A stretch of DNA of 64,000 bases from Actinomycetes bacterium (GCA_024637095.1 JAGXFV010000006.1:34609-98608); one strand, 5' to 3'. Shown: positions 9,584-19,395, counted from the stretch's first letter. Made by a program: numbers and translations. The notes: generated by a model from the letters alone, not told the origin.

Positions 9584-10455
9584 GCCAACCTCCTACGGAA
9601 GACAGGGACGAGCTCCAGCCGGCTGACTCTGCGACGGCACCCGGCGCCGAGAATGCCAACTCCGGGGCGGAATCTGACACCGAGAAGACGGGCTCCGCGA
9701 GCGGCTTCTACTCCATCAGGCTGGCCCACTACGGCAGTTGGCGCATGGTGGTGGGGCTCCTGCTGCTATCCGTGCTGCTGGCCAACCTGGCCGGCCTTGC
9801 CATCTCCTTCGCCGCGCTGGGCCTCGATGTCGATAGCAGCGAACTCCTGAGCAACCCGGCGACCGTGCTCCTCCTGCTGTCCTTGCAGGGGGCGATCTTC
9901 GTTTCGGTGGTTTACTACTTCGTGGTGCGCCGCCGGGTTACATCGTGGCGGGAAATGGGAGTGGCCGAGTACGGCCCCGGGAGCTCCATACTGCGTGGCC
10001 TCGGCTACGGGCTGCTCTTCCTCTTCGTGTCAGGCCTGGTGGGCGTCCTTCAGTCACTGCTGGGCATCGAGCAGACCGATCCCCTGCCCTTCGACATAGA
10101 CACGGAGAGCCTGTTCGGGCGGGCTGCCTTGCTCTTCGGAGGCGTGGTGCTCGCTCCCATCAGCGAGGAGATCTTCTTCCGGGGATACATCTTCCGGGCG
10201 ATGGCTGCCCGCAAAGGGCTGATCCTGGGGATCGTCTACAGCTCCGCCCTTTTTGGCGCCATTCACCTGATACGGGATTTTCCCAGCGAAACCGCCGACC
10301 TGCCCGGCTACTTCTCGGTCTTCCTGCCGATCGCCGCGGGCTCGACCCTGCTGGCAATCGCCTATCACCGCAGCCGCGACCTCTGGACCCCGATCGTGGC
10401 TCACGCGGTCAACAACGCCTTCGCCATCGGGGTTCTCTTCGCCGCGGGTTCCTAG
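9580..10455 (+). CDS. CPBP-family intramembrane metalloprotease (CAAX protease / Abi family)
   Basis: 291 aa, multiple TM segments. EEIFFRGY, FGAIH, HAVNN motifs of CPBP glutamic-type proteases. Confidence 0.8.
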   Translation: MSQPPTEDRDELQPADSATAPGAENANSGAESDTEKTGSASGFYSIRLAHYGSWRMVVGLLLLSVLLANLAGLAISFAALGLDVDSSELLSNPATVLLLLSLQGAIFVSVVYYFVVRRRVTSWREMGVAEYGPGSSILRGLGYGLLFLFVSGLVGVLQSLLGIEQTDPLPFDIDTESLFGRAALLFGGVVLAPISEEIFFRGYIFRAMAARKGLILGIVYSSALFGAIHLIRDFPSETADLPGYFSVFLPIAAGSTLLAIAYHRSRDLWTPIVAHAVNNAFAIGVLFAAGS

Positions 10456-10467
10456 CGGGCAATACAG

Positions 10468-10845
10468 CTAGTCCCAGCCCATCTCCTCCAGTCGCTCGTC
10501 GGAGATACCGTAGAAGTGGGCAATCTCGTGAATCACGGTGCGCTGCACCTCTTCGCGGACCAGTTCCGGGTCCTCGTCGGCAGCCTGCTCGAGGGGGCGC
10601 TGGTAGATCACGATGCGATCGGGAAGCACTCCGGCATACCAGGAACCCCGATCTGTCAAGGGTATTCCGTGGTAGAGACCGAGCAGTTCCGCCGGATCGG
10701 CTCCCTCCATGCCTGCCTCCGCCAAGTCATCTTCGCTAGGCCACTCCTCGACCACCACCTCGACATTTTCTAAACGAACCAGGAACTCCTCAGGCAGGGA
10801 ATCGAGCGCCTCAGCCACCAGGTCTTGAAAGCGATCCGCATCCAT
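10468..10845 (-). CDS. Small zinc metallopeptidase-family protein (HExxH; COG3824-like)
   Basis: ATG at 10845 (MDADRFQDLVAEALD...), HEIAHFYGISDE motif. The first 23 aa of the track ORF are rejected as they overlap rdgB. Confidence 0.6.
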   Translation of the reverse strand: MDADRFQDLVAEALDSLPEEFLVRLENVEVVVEEWPSEDDLAEAGMEGADPAELLGLYHGIPLTDRGSWYAGVLPDRIVIYQRPLEQAADEDPELVREEVQRTVIHEIAHFYGISDERLEEMGWD

Positions 10846-10847
10846 AG

Positions 10848-11558
10848 CTAGCTGTCGCCGTCGGCCGAAGGCAGATCGCCCGCAGGCTGAAGTACTTCGG
10901 GATGGTCGCCCCAAAGTGGTTCGCCCCCATCCGGTACCAGCCCGGATTCCTGCAACAGCGCAGTGAGCGCCCTCACGGCCTCACCCCGATGGGAGATCGC
11001 ATCCTTTTCGCCCGGACCGCCTTCGGCGAGAGTGCACGTCCAACCGGTCGGCTGGAAGACTGGGTCATAACCGAAGCCACTCTCGCCCCGAGGCTCCAGA
11101 GTAATCGCACCTTCGAACGTCCCTCTGGCTTCGAGCAATCCCGTTCCGGCAAGTCGAGCAAGGTCGGGCGGAAGGACCAAGGCGAGCGCACAGACGAAGC
11201 GTCCACGGCGATCACTCCGGCCGGACAGTTGGGCGAGCAGCCGTAACACGTTCTCGCGATCGCCGGCGTCCTCGCCCGCGTAGCGAGCGGACATCACACC
11301 CGGCTTACCGCCCAGCGCGTCGACTTCGAGCCCGGAATCATCCGCCAACACAGCCACATGCCCTCCGACCGCTGCAAAGGCGCTGCCGGCCTTGAGCAGC
11401 GCATTTTCGGCGAAAGTGGATCCAGTTTCCGGCGGCAGAGTGACATGGGGAGGCAGCGGTACAACGGCGAAACCTGGATTCAGCAGGCGGCCAAACTCGC
11501 GCACCTTGCCGGCGTTCTTCGTCGCCAGATAGAGTCTGGGCAGGCGGGGCAGCGCCAT
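10848..11558 (-). CDS. rdgB: Non-canonical purine NTP pyrophosphatase RdgB/HAM1 (dITP/XTP pyrophosphatase) with C-terminal extension
   Basis: LYLATKNAGKVREFGRLL, FAENALLKA, GFGYDPVF, DAISHRGEA are Ham1 family blocks. Confidence 0.85.
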   Translation of the reverse strand: MALPRLPRLYLATKNAGKVREFGRLLNPGFAVVPLPPHVTLPPETGSTFAENALLKAGSAFAAVGGHVAVLADDSGLEVDALGGKPGVMSARYAGEDAGDRENVLRLLAQLSGRSDRRGRFVCALALVLPPDLARLAGTGLLEARGTFEGAITLEPRGESGFGYDPVFQPTGWTCTLAEGGPGEKDAISHRGEAVRALTALLQESGLVPDGGEPLWGDHPEVLQPAGDLPSADGDS

Positions 11559-11561
11559 CGA

Positions 11562-12320
11562 CTAGCGGCCCAGGTAGCCCCGGGCGATGGTCTGCGCCTG
11601 CACGGAGCCGATCTCACGGATGCCTTCCGTGGCCAGATCGATCAGCAGGTCGAGTTCGCTGCGGTCGAAAAAACCCTCTTCCGCTGTGGCCTGCACCTCG
11701 ATCAGCCCGCCACTGCCGTTCATCACGACGTTCATGTCGACCCCGGCCGCGCTGTCTTCGATGTAATCGAGGTCGAGACGGGGTTCGCCCTCGACCAGGC
11801 CGACGCTGACCGCCGCGACCGAGTCCGATAGCGGCATCTGACGCAGGGTTCCGGCTTCCACGGCTTTGTGGAGCGCGGCGTGGAGTGCCAGGTAGGCTCC
11901 CGATATTGAGGCGCAGCGCGTACCTCCGTCGGCCTCGATCACGTCGCAGTCGACGTAGATGGTGCGCTCGCCGATGCCCTTCAGATTGATTATGCTGCGA
12001 AGGCTGCGCCCGATGAGCCTTTGGATCTCGAGAGTGCGGCCGCCCTGCCGGCCCCGGGAGGCTTCCCGGGCGGTGCGGTCCGAAGTCGAGGCGGGCAGCA
12101 ACGAGTACTCTGCCGTCAGCCAGCCCTCGCCGCTTCCCCTGCGCCAATTGGGAACCCCGTTGGTCACGGTTGCCGTGCAAATGACACGGGTCTTGCCGGA
12201 CTCGAACAAAACAGAACCGTCGGCCGATGAGATGAAGTTCGGGGTCACCTGCATCTCACGCATTTGGTCCGGCAGTCGGCCGCTGGGGCGCTCCTTGGCT
12301 TTCGGCTTAGCGGTGTCCAT
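11562..12320 (-). CDS. rph: Ribonuclease PH
   Basis: 252 aa. RPDGR-like start, VICTATV, GWLTAEYSLLP, DCDVIEADGGTRCASISGA are RNase PH blocks. Confidence 0.95.
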   Translation of the reverse strand: MDTAKPKAKERPSGRLPDQMREMQVTPNFISSADGSVLFESGKTRVICTATVTNGVPNWRRGSGEGWLTAEYSLLPASTSDRTAREASRGRQGGRTLEIQRLIGRSLRSIINLKGIGERTIYVDCDVIEADGGTRCASISGAYLALHAALHKAVEAGTLRQMPLSDSVAAVSVGLVEGEPRLDLDYIEDSAAGVDMNVVMNGSGGLIEVQATAEEGFFDRSELDLLIDLATEGIREIGSVQAQTIARGYLGR

Positions 12321-13235
12321 CTATCTCGTCGCCTCCTCGCGCTCCCGGTGCGCCGGTTGATTCCGCTGCGCCGGGTCGGACCCTTCGCCCGACCAGAAAG
12401 CGACCTCACGGATGGGTAACTGGAGAAACCTACGGCCGACCGAGCGGAATTGCTCGGGATCGCCGGTGGATACAAAGCTGTAGCGTCCTTCTTCCGGGGA
12501 GCGGTTGGCGAGGCCTTTGCGCTCGAGGATCTCCCCCACTTCCCGCGCTATCTCCTGCGCCGAGTTGATCAGGGCCACTCCCGGGCCCAACAACCGGCGA
12601 AGCATGGGTGTCAGCAGCGGATAGTGTGTGCAACCCAGAATTACCGTGTCCACCCCCGCAGCCCTGAGCGGCGCAACGTACTCCCTTACGGCCGACTCGA
12701 CCTCCTCGGAGAAGACGTCACCCTCCTGAATCAAGGGGGCGAGGCGGGGACAGGCAACGGGAAACACTTCGAGCCCCGCGTCGAGCGCGGCCAGCGCGCG
12801 TTGGTAGCCGCCGGAATTTACCGTGGCCTCAGTTGCCATCAGTCCGACCCGCCGGTTGCGCGTCTCCTGCATGGCGGCACGCGCCCCGGGCATGACCACG
12901 CCAACGATCGGAGTCGTGAAGGCGGCCTGTAGTTGAGGCAAGGCGGCCGCGGCCGCCGAGTTGCAGGCCACGATGATCAGCTTTACCCCCCGCTCCACCA
13001 GAAAGCCGGCATTCCGAAAAGCCAGGGCCTGCACCTGCTCCTGCGTCTTGGGCCCGTAGGGGAACGATCCCGTGTCTCCCAGATAGATGAAGTCCTCGTG
13101 CGGAAGGCTAACGAGGCACTCGTGCAGAACCGTCAGTCCGCCGACGCCGGAGTCGAAGAGCCCGATTGGGCTCTCCCGTGCTTCAGGCGTGGCCGCATCC
13201 GCAGCCCGGTTTGCACCAAGTGTCACTTCGTCCAT
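12321..13235 (-). CDS. murI: Glutamate racemase
   Basis: Real start taken at ATG 13235 (MDEVTLGANR...PIGLFDSGVGGLTV). VYLGDTGSFPYG, IIVACNSA, VILGCTHYPLL are canonical MurI. The upstream 298 codons of the track ORF overlap hypF and are rejected. Confidence 0.9.
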   Translation of the reverse strand: MDEVTLGANRAADAATPEARESPIGLFDSGVGGLTVLHECLVSLPHEDFIYLGDTGSFPYGPKTQEQVQALAFRNAGFLVERGVKLIIVACNSAAAAALPQLQAAFTTPIVGVVMPGARAAMQETRNRRVGLMATEATVNSGGYQRALAALDAGLEVFPVACPRLAPLIQEGDVFSEEVESAVREYVAPLRAAGVDTVILGCTHYPLLTPMLRRLLGPGVALINSAQEIAREVGEILERKGLANRSPEEGRYSFVSTGDPEQFRSVGRRFLQLPIREVAFWSGEGSDPAQRNQPAHREREEATR

Positions 13236-13319
13236 GGCGAAGCATTCTAACACCCGCAGGGGCCGCTTCTCCCGGACCAAGGCGGTTTGGCAGACAGCCT
13301 TCGTGCTAGTGTCTGCCGC

Positions 13320-15854
13320 ATGAGCCCGGAGCCAGGCAAGAGCCGGAAACCGGATGTCGCTCGCGGCGATACCCATGTCGCTCGCGGCGGTCTTCTGATC
13401 CGCGTGCGTGGGAGGGTGCAAGGCGTGGGCTTTCGCCCCTTCGTCAAGCGATTGGCGGACACCGAGGGTCTGGCCGGCCGGGTGTGGAACCATCCCGGGG
13501 GCGTCGAGATCGAGGTGGAAGGACCCCCCCAAGGTCTGCAGACCTTCCTCGCCAGGTTGAGCGCCGAACCACCTCCGCTCGCCCAGATCGAATCTCTGGA
13601 AAGCGAGAGCGTGCCGGCACGAGGTTTGAGCGGCTTTGCCTTCGCCCCCAGTGAATCCGGCCCCTCGGCGACGCTCCCCCCACCCGATGCCGCCATGTGT
13701 GGCGCCTGCCGCAATGAGATCTCCGACCCCCAGGACCACCGTCACCTCTACCCCTTTACCACCTGCGTCGACTGCGGGCCCCGCTACACGATTCTGCGCT
13801 CGCTTCCCTACGATCGTCCCCACACCACAATGGCGGATTTCGAGATGTGTGCCCGGTGTTCGGCCGAGTATGAGGATCCGGCGGGGCGCAGGCTTCACGC
13901 CCAGACCAACGCCTGCCCGGTCTGCGGTCCGCGGCTCATCTGGCTGTCCCCGGCAGAGGCCGACTCGTTTCTGGAGGAGCTCAGCGACCCCACCCGCACG
14001 CCCACTCCCGCAGGCCTTCCCGGCGGATCCCCTCCCGGCCGGGTCACGGGCGAGGCGTCGCTTCAGCGGGCGATTCAAGCTCTGCGCCGAGACCAGATCC
14101 TGGCCATCAAGGGGATCGGGGGTTTTCACCTTGCCTGCGACGCCACCTCGGGGACCGCGGTGGCCATGCTGCGTGGGCGAAAGGGCCGCGACGGCAAACC
14201 CCTCGCCCTCATGGCGCGGTCGGTGGAGGAGGTGAGGCGTTACGCCGTCGTTTCTCCCTTCGAAGAGAGGTTGCTCGAATCGTCCGCGCGCCCCATCGTC
14301 CTGCTGGCGCGGCGGGAGGGGATTGACCCTTCGAAATTGGCGGCGGGCGTCGCCCCGGGATCACCGGACCTGGGCTTCTTTCTGCCCTACTCCCCCCTCC
14401 ATCATCTGCTGATGGAGGGGTTGGACACACCCATGGTGCTCACCTCGGGCAACCTCAGCGACGAACCCATCGCTTACCAGGATCGGGATGCCGTCCGCCG
14501 CCTGCGGCCGGTCGCAGACGGGTTCCTGCTCCACGACCGCCCGATCGAGCATCCCGCCGACGACTCGGTCTTCCGGGCGTTTCGCGAGAGGCCCTATCCC
14601 GTCCGCCGAAGTCGGGGGTATGTGCCCAACCCGGTCCCCTTCCGGGGCGCGGACCTGCCCCTTCTCGCCGTGGGCGCCCACCAGAAGAACACCTTCTGCC
14701 TGACCCGGGAGGCCCGGGCCTTCCTCAGCGTCCACCACGGCGATCTCGACCACCCCGAGGCCTTTCAGGCGTTCGAACGCTCGATCGAAGGGCTCACGCG
14801 GCTGCTGGGGATCAATCCACAGTTGATCGTCCACGACCTCCACCCCGATTACGGTTCCACGCGTCTGGCGGTGGAACTGGGGGAGCGTCTCGGCGTGCCC
14901 TTGGTCGGCGTTCAGCATCATCAGGCGCATGTGGCGTCGGTCCTGGCCGAGACCGGGCATGCCTCCAAGGTGGTGGGCATCGCCTATGACGGCACCGGCT
15001 ACGGCACGGACGGCACCATCTGGGGAGGTGAAGTGTTCGTCGGCGAGGCCGCGGAGCTGACCCGGTGTGCGCACTGGGAACAGTTCCCGCTTCCGGGAGG
15101 AGACCTGGCTGGGAGGCAACTGTGGCGTTCGGCCCTGGGGCTCCTCCTCACCGTGGCAGGCAATTTGGGAGAGGATGACGACTGGATCGCGGCGCGGCTC
15201 GCCGGGCTGCCGGCCGCCACTGCATGGGAGGCACACCCCTGGCGGTCGCTGGCCCCCGCAGCCCGGCGCGGTTTCGCTTCACCCATGACCTCGTCGGTGG
15301 GGCGCATGTTCGATGGTGTCGCCGCCATTATCGGGATCCGTCACCAAGCCTCATTCGAAGCGGAGGGCGCCATCCTGTTGGAAGGGCTCGCCCGGGCCCA
15401 CTTCCGCGATGGCCTGCCCTCCCCGACGGCTCCCCCTCCCTGGCCCGGGCAGAATAGCGCGGGAGTCCCCGAGCCGGCTTCCCAGACGATGCCCGAGCCG
15501 GCTCCCCGGACGGCGCCCGAGCCGCTCGGGCTGCGAGCTCTCCCCCTGCGCCCCCTGGTGACGGGTCTGCTCGAGGATCTGAGCTCGGGGCTGAGTCCGG
15601 CCGCGGTGGCCGGCCGCTTTCATCATCAAATCGCCTGGACCACGGCGGATGTCGCCGGCTCACTGGCCGAACAGGCGGGGGCCGACACCGTCGCGCTCGG
15701 GGGAGGCGTCTTTCAGAACCTGGTATTGCTCGAAATGACGGTGCGCTTCCTGGAGGCCAAAGGGCTGCGCGCGTTGATCCACCGGGAGGTCCCCACGAAC
15801 GACGGCGGTCTCTCGCTGGGGCAGGCGGAAATCGCCGCCGCCCGGCTGGCGTGA
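13320..15854 (+). CDS. hypF: [NiFe]-hydrogenase maturation carbamoyltransferase HypF
   Basis: Acylphosphatase domain (IRVRGRVQGVGFRPFV), two zinc-finger pairs (CGACRNEI...CVDCGPRYT; CARCSAEYEDP...CPVCGPRL), YrdC and Kae1-like domains. The start is uncertain (ATG 13320; track gives TTG 13287). Confidence 0.9.
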   Translation: MSPEPGKSRKPDVARGDTHVARGGLLIRVRGRVQGVGFRPFVKRLADTEGLAGRVWNHPGGVEIEVEGPPQGLQTFLARLSAEPPPLAQIESLESESVPARGLSGFAFAPSESGPSATLPPPDAAMCGACRNEISDPQDHRHLYPFTTCVDCGPRYTILRSLPYDRPHTTMADFEMCARCSAEYEDPAGRRLHAQTNACPVCGPRLIWLSPAEADSFLEELSDPTRTPTPAGLPGGSPPGRVTGEASLQRAIQALRRDQILAIKGIGGFHLACDATSGTAVAMLRGRKGRDGKPLALMARSVEEVRRYAVVSPFEERLLESSARPIVLLARREGIDPSKLAAGVAPGSPDLGFFLPYSPLHHLLMEGLDTPMVLTSGNLSDEPIAYQDRDAVRRLRPVADGFLLHDRPIEHPADDSVFRAFRERPYPVRRSRGYVPNPVPFRGADLPLLAVGAHQKNTFCLTREARAFLSVHHGDLDHPEAFQAFERSIEGLTRLLGINPQLIVHDLHPDYGSTRLAVELGERLGVPLVGVQHHQAHVASVLAETGHASKVVGIAYDGTGYGTDGTIWGGEVFVGEAAELTRCAHWEQFPLPGGDLAGRQLWRSALGLLLTVAGNLGEDDDWIAARLAGLPAATAWEAHPWRSLAPAARRGFASPMTSSVGRMFDGVAAIIGIRHQASFEAEGAILLEGLARAHFRDGLPSPTAPPPWPGQNSAGVPEPASQTMPEPAPRTAPEPLGLRALPLRPLVTGLLEDLSSGLSPAAVAGRFHHQIAWTTADVAGSLAEQAGADTVALGGGVFQNLVLLEMTVRFLEAKGLRALIHREVPTNDGGLSLGQAEIAAARLA

Positions 15855-15859
15855 AGGGC

Positions 15860-15880
15860 CGCGTATAATGCCTCCCAGTC
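15860..15880 (+). promoter_or_regulatory. Possible internal promoter -10 box (TATAAT) in hypF-hypD spacer
   Basis: gtataatgcc at 15865-15872, ~47 nt upstream of hypD ATG (15918) with GGGGGGAGG RBS in between. No convincing -35. Confidence 0.3.
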
Positions 15881-15917
15881 CAGACGACGTGACTCCGGGC
15901 ACGGGGGGAGGCCGCGC

Positions 15918-17078
15918 ATGCGCTACGTAGACGAGTATCGTGAGCCCCGGTTGGTCCGTGAACTGATGGACGAACTCAGCGGCCTGCGGGTCCCCCGGCC
16001 CCTGACCATCATGGAGGTCTGCGGCAGCCACACCATGGCACTCTCGCGATTCGGGCTGCGCAAAGTCCTGCCGCCTGAAGTGCGCTTGGTATCCGGCCCG
16101 GGCTGCCCGGTGTGCGTGACCCCGTCGGGATATCTCGACCAAGCGATCGCGCTGGCCAGGCGACCCGAGGTCATCTTGGCTTCGTTCGGCGACCTGCTCC
16201 GCGTTCGCGGCTCCAGACAAAGCTTGGAGGAGGCCCGCGCCGAGGGTGGCGACGTGCGCGTGGTCTACTCCGTGCTCGACGCCCTGGAGTTGGCGCGCAC
16301 AAACCCAGAGCGGGCGGTGGTCTTCCTCGCCATCGGCTTCGAGACCACCGCACCCACCGACGCCGCGGCAGTCGCCCAGGCCGAAGACGAAGGCATCGCC
16401 AACTTCTACCTCCTCACCGAGCTCAAGGTAATGCCTCCGCCCATGCGGGCGCTTCTCGAGGCACCGGACGTCCGGGTGGACGGTTTCCTGCTACCGGGCC
16501 ACGTCAGCGCGATCGTCGGCTGGGGAGCCTTTCGCTTCCTGCCCGAGGAGTACGGGGCGGCCTGCGCGGTCGCGGGCTTTGAACCCCTGGACCTGCTGCG
16601 CGCCTTGGCCGCCGTGATCGTCCAACTGACTGAGGGGCGCCCTTCCATCGCCAACACCTACGGAAGGGTGGTCACCGAGGAGGGCAATCTCGCAGCTCAA
16701 GGACTGCTGCGGAAGCACTTCCGCCCGGTGAGCTCCCACTGGCGTGGCATTGGGGAACTCCCCGCGAGCGGCCTTGGCCTCCAGCCCGGCCTGACCCACC
16801 GGGACGCCCGCGTGGCCTTCTCCCTCAAACCGGTTCAAGGCAGGGAGAACCCGGCCTGCCGCTGCGGTGAGGTCCTGCGCGGAGCGATCACTCCCCCCGA
16901 GTGCCCCTTGTTCTCGGGGCGCTGCACTCCCGCTTCGCCCCAGGGAGCCTGCATGGTGTCTTCCGAGGGGACCTGCGCGGCCTACTTCCGCTATGAGCGA
17001 CTCGCCGGCAGCGCGCCTCTGAGCGACCGTGGGACCCCGGCCGGGGCCAATCCCAAGGCAGAAGAGGTCGCGCCATGA
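15918..17078 (+). CDS. hypD: Hydrogenase maturation factor HypD
   Basis: 386 aa. MEVCGSHT, GPGCPVCVTP, FETTAP, CxxC...C C-terminal cluster motifs. Confidence 0.95.
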   Translation: MRYVDEYREPRLVRELMDELSGLRVPRPLTIMEVCGSHTMALSRFGLRKVLPPEVRLVSGPGCPVCVTPSGYLDQAIALARRPEVILASFGDLLRVRGSRQSLEEARAEGGDVRVVYSVLDALELARTNPERAVVFLAIGFETTAPTDAAAVAQAEDEGIANFYLLTELKVMPPPMRALLEAPDVRVDGFLLPGHVSAIVGWGAFRFLPEEYGAACAVAGFEPLDLLRALAAVIVQLTEGRPSIANTYGRVVTEEGNLAAQGLLRKHFRPVSSHWRGIGELPASGLGLQPGLTHRDARVAFSLKPVQGRENPACRCGEVLRGAITPPECPLFSGRCTPASPQGACMVSSEGTCAAYFRYERLAGSAPLSDRGTPAGANPKAEEVAP

Positions 17079-18076
17079 GCGAGCGGGTGCTTCTGGCTCA
17101 CGGCGGCGGGGGCGGACTCGCCCGGCAGCTGATCCTCAACGAGGTGCTTCCCGCGCTCACGAACCCGGCGCTCGCTCCCCTCGCCGATGCCGCGGTGGTC
17201 GAGGGCGCGCCCCGCCTGGCCTTCACCACCGATGCCTACGTGGTCACGCCCGCCTTCTTTCCCGGCGGCGACATCGGCCGGTTGGCAGTGTGCGGCACGG
17301 TCAACGATCTGGCTGTCTCCGGCGCGCGGCCGCTTTACCTGAGTTTAGCCGCCATCCTGGAAGAAGGCTTCCCCCTGAGGGACCTGCGGCTCATCCTCGC
17401 TTCGGTCAAGCAGGCAGCGCTGGAGGCGGGGGTGGTCGTGGTCACCGGCGATACCAAGGTGGTGGAGCGGGGTGCCGCCGACGGAGTCTTCCTGACCTCA
17501 GCAGGCGTGGGCAGCGTGGGCCGCCTCCCTCCGGGCTGGGGTGCGCCCGAGCCGGGAGACGCCCTCCTGGTCAACGGAAACCTGGGCGATCACGGCTTCA
17601 CCATTCTTGCCGCCCGCGAGGGGCTCACCTTCGAGCACCCCTTGAAGAGCGACGCCGCTCCGCTCAACGGTCTGGTCTTCGCCTTGCTGGACGCGGAGGT
17701 ACGCGTTCGGCTGATGCGCGACCTCACTCGGGGGGGCCTTGGGGCTGCGCTCAACGAGTGGGTTTCCGGCCGCCCCTGGGGGTTCGATGTGCAGGAATCC
17801 CAGCTTCCCTTCTCCCCGGGAGTGCGTTCCCTGGCCGAATTGCTCGGGCTCGACCCGGTCTTCTCCGCCAACGAAGGTAAACTCCTGGCCGTCGTCCACA
17901 CTGATGACGCCACCCGGGCGCTCGAGCTGATGCATGACCACCCCTTGGGACGGGAGGCGGCCGTGATCGGGCGGGTGACGGAGGCCAACCCCGGCCTGGT
18001 GGTGACCGAGACCGCCTTCGGCTCCCGGCGCATCCTCGACCAACCCGCCGGCGACCCCCTCCCCCGGATCTGCTGA
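17075..18076 (+). CDS. hypE: Hydrogenase maturation factor HypE
   Basis: 333 aa. AIR-synthase-like fold, C-terminal ...PRIC (conserved terminal Cys). Overlaps hypD by 4 nt. Confidence 0.95.
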   Translation: MSERVLLAHGGGGGLARQLILNEVLPALTNPALAPLADAAVVEGAPRLAFTTDAYVVTPAFFPGGDIGRLAVCGTVNDLAVSGARPLYLSLAAILEEGFPLRDLRLILASVKQAALEAGVVVVTGDTKVVERGAADGVFLTSAGVGSVGRLPPGWGAPEPGDALLVNGNLGDHGFTILAAREGLTFEHPLKSDAAPLNGLVFALLDAEVRVRLMRDLTRGGLGAALNEWVSGRPWGFDVQESQLPFSPGVRSLAELLGLDPVFSANEGKLLAVVHTDDATRALELMHDHPLGREAAVIGRVTEANPGLVVTETAFGSRRILDQPAGDPLPRIC

Positions 18077-18083
18077 GCGCCTC

Positions 18084-18449
18084 GTGCACGAGATGTCACT
18101 GGCGATGGGACTCCTGCGGGAGATTGAGCGTCAGCTCAAGCCCTATGGGCCGGAAGCGCGGGCCACGCGCGTCTTCCTCGAAGTCGGAGGCCTGCGGGCG
18201 GTGTTCCCCGAAGCCATGCAGCTCTGCTTCAGGGCGGCTTCTCAAGGAACTGTGGCCGAAGGAGCCGAGCTGGTGATCGATGAGATCGTGCCGCGGGGAC
18301 GATGCGTGGGCTGCGGCCGCGAGCGGGAGATCGACCACACGTATTTTCTCTGTCCCGACTGCGATCTACCGGTGAAACTTCTTGCCGGCGAGGAGCTCTT
18401 ATTGCGCTCGATCGAAATCGAGGAGCCCGACCCAAAAGGCGACAAATGA
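18084..18449 (+). CDS. hypA: Hydrogenase nickel incorporation protein HypA
   Basis: MHEMSLAMGLLREIE... with CVGCG...CPDC zinc site; 121 aa. GTG start. Confidence 0.9.
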   Translation: MHEMSLAMGLLREIERQLKPYGPEARATRVFLEVGGLRAVFPEAMQLCFRAASQGTVAEGAELVIDEIVPRGRCVGCGREREIDHTYFLCPDCDLPVKLLAGEELLLRSIEIEEPDPKGDK

Positions 18450-19318
18450 AATTCGACCGCGAAGAGGCGGCCCGTTTTCATCGGGGACACGGAAAGCCGC
18501 CGGGCCACGAGCACCCCGAGCACCAAGAGCCGGTCCAGGAGGCGCGTCACGCCGAACTGCGCACCACAGCCGCAGGCGCAGCGGGCGCCACCGACACCGA
18601 CACCGCGGACGATGCCGGAGCTCAAGGCCCGCGCAAAGCCGCCCGCACGGAGATCGAAGTCAGGTTCGACCTGCTGGACGAAAACCGCCGCGACGCCGCC
18701 TCCCTTCGCGAGCGACTGCGCGAACAGGGCGTTTTCGCCATCAACTTGATGAGCTCTCCCGGCGCGGGTAAGACGGCGCTCCTCGAAGCCACCCTGCCCC
18801 GCCTGGGCGCCATCCGCGTGGCCGTGCTCGAGGGTGATATCGAGACCTCAGCCGACGCCGAGCGGCTCGCCCCCTTCGGTGTACCCGTGGTGCAGATCAA
18901 TACGGGACCGTTCGGGGGCGATTGCCATCTCCCCGCCCCGCTGGTGGCGGATGCGATGGAGAAGCTGCCGCTCTCCAAACTCGATCTGGTCTTCATCGAG
19001 AACGTGGGCAACCTGGTCTGTCCCGCGGAGTTCGACCTGGGCGAAGCCCGCAAGGTGGTGCTGCTCTCGGTGACAGAGGGCGAGGACAAGCCATTGAAAT
19101 ACCCCCTGATCTTCCGGGAGTCTTCCCTGGCGTTGATCACCAAGATCGACCTTCTGCCCCACCTCGACTTCGATCTGCCTCGGCTCGAGGAGAACCTTAG
19201 GCGGGTCAACCCCGAATTGAGGGTCGTGCAGCTCTCGGCTCGCTCAGGCGACGGCCTCGAGGACTGGTTGAAGTGGCTCTCTGATGAGCTCGGGGAAGCG
19301 CTTCGCGCGTCTGATTAG
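18446..19318 (+). CDS. hypB: Hydrogenase nickel incorporation GTPase HypB (His-rich N-terminus)
   Basis: ATG 18446 overlaps hypA stop (ATGA). HRGHGKPPGHEHPEH His-rich stretch, GSPGAGKT P-loop, ENVGNLVCP, TKIDL. Confidence 0.9.
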   Translation: MKFDREEAARFHRGHGKPPGHEHPEHQEPVQEARHAELRTTAAGAAGATDTDTADDAGAQGPRKAARTEIEVRFDLLDENRRDAASLRERLREQGVFAINLMSSPGAGKTALLEATLPRLGAIRVAVLEGDIETSADAERLAPFGVPVVQINTGPFGGDCHLPAPLVADAMEKLPLSKLDLVFIENVGNLVCPAEFDLGEARKVVLLSVTEGEDKPLKYPLIFRESSLALITKIDLLPHLDFDLPRLEENLRRVNPELRVVQLSARSGDGLEDWLKWLSDELGEALRASD

Positions 19319-19395
19319 GTACCGCTTCGCCGTGGTCACTGCACGATCGGTTTGCCGTCGTCGTCGGTGGGCGGCCGGCCGGTTTCTGGACCCAG

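Noticed and set aside
13236-14129. N-terminal 298 codons of the 602-aa track ORF containing murI
   Set aside because: Overlaps hypF on the opposite strand and has no MurI similarity. MurI begins at the ATG at 13235 (MDEVTLGANR...GLFDSGVGG).
15855-15917. Looked for hypC between hypF and hypD
   Set aside because: Only 63 nt of spacer. No ORF of 70-100 aa with an MC(L/I)A-type N-terminus exists anywhere in the window.
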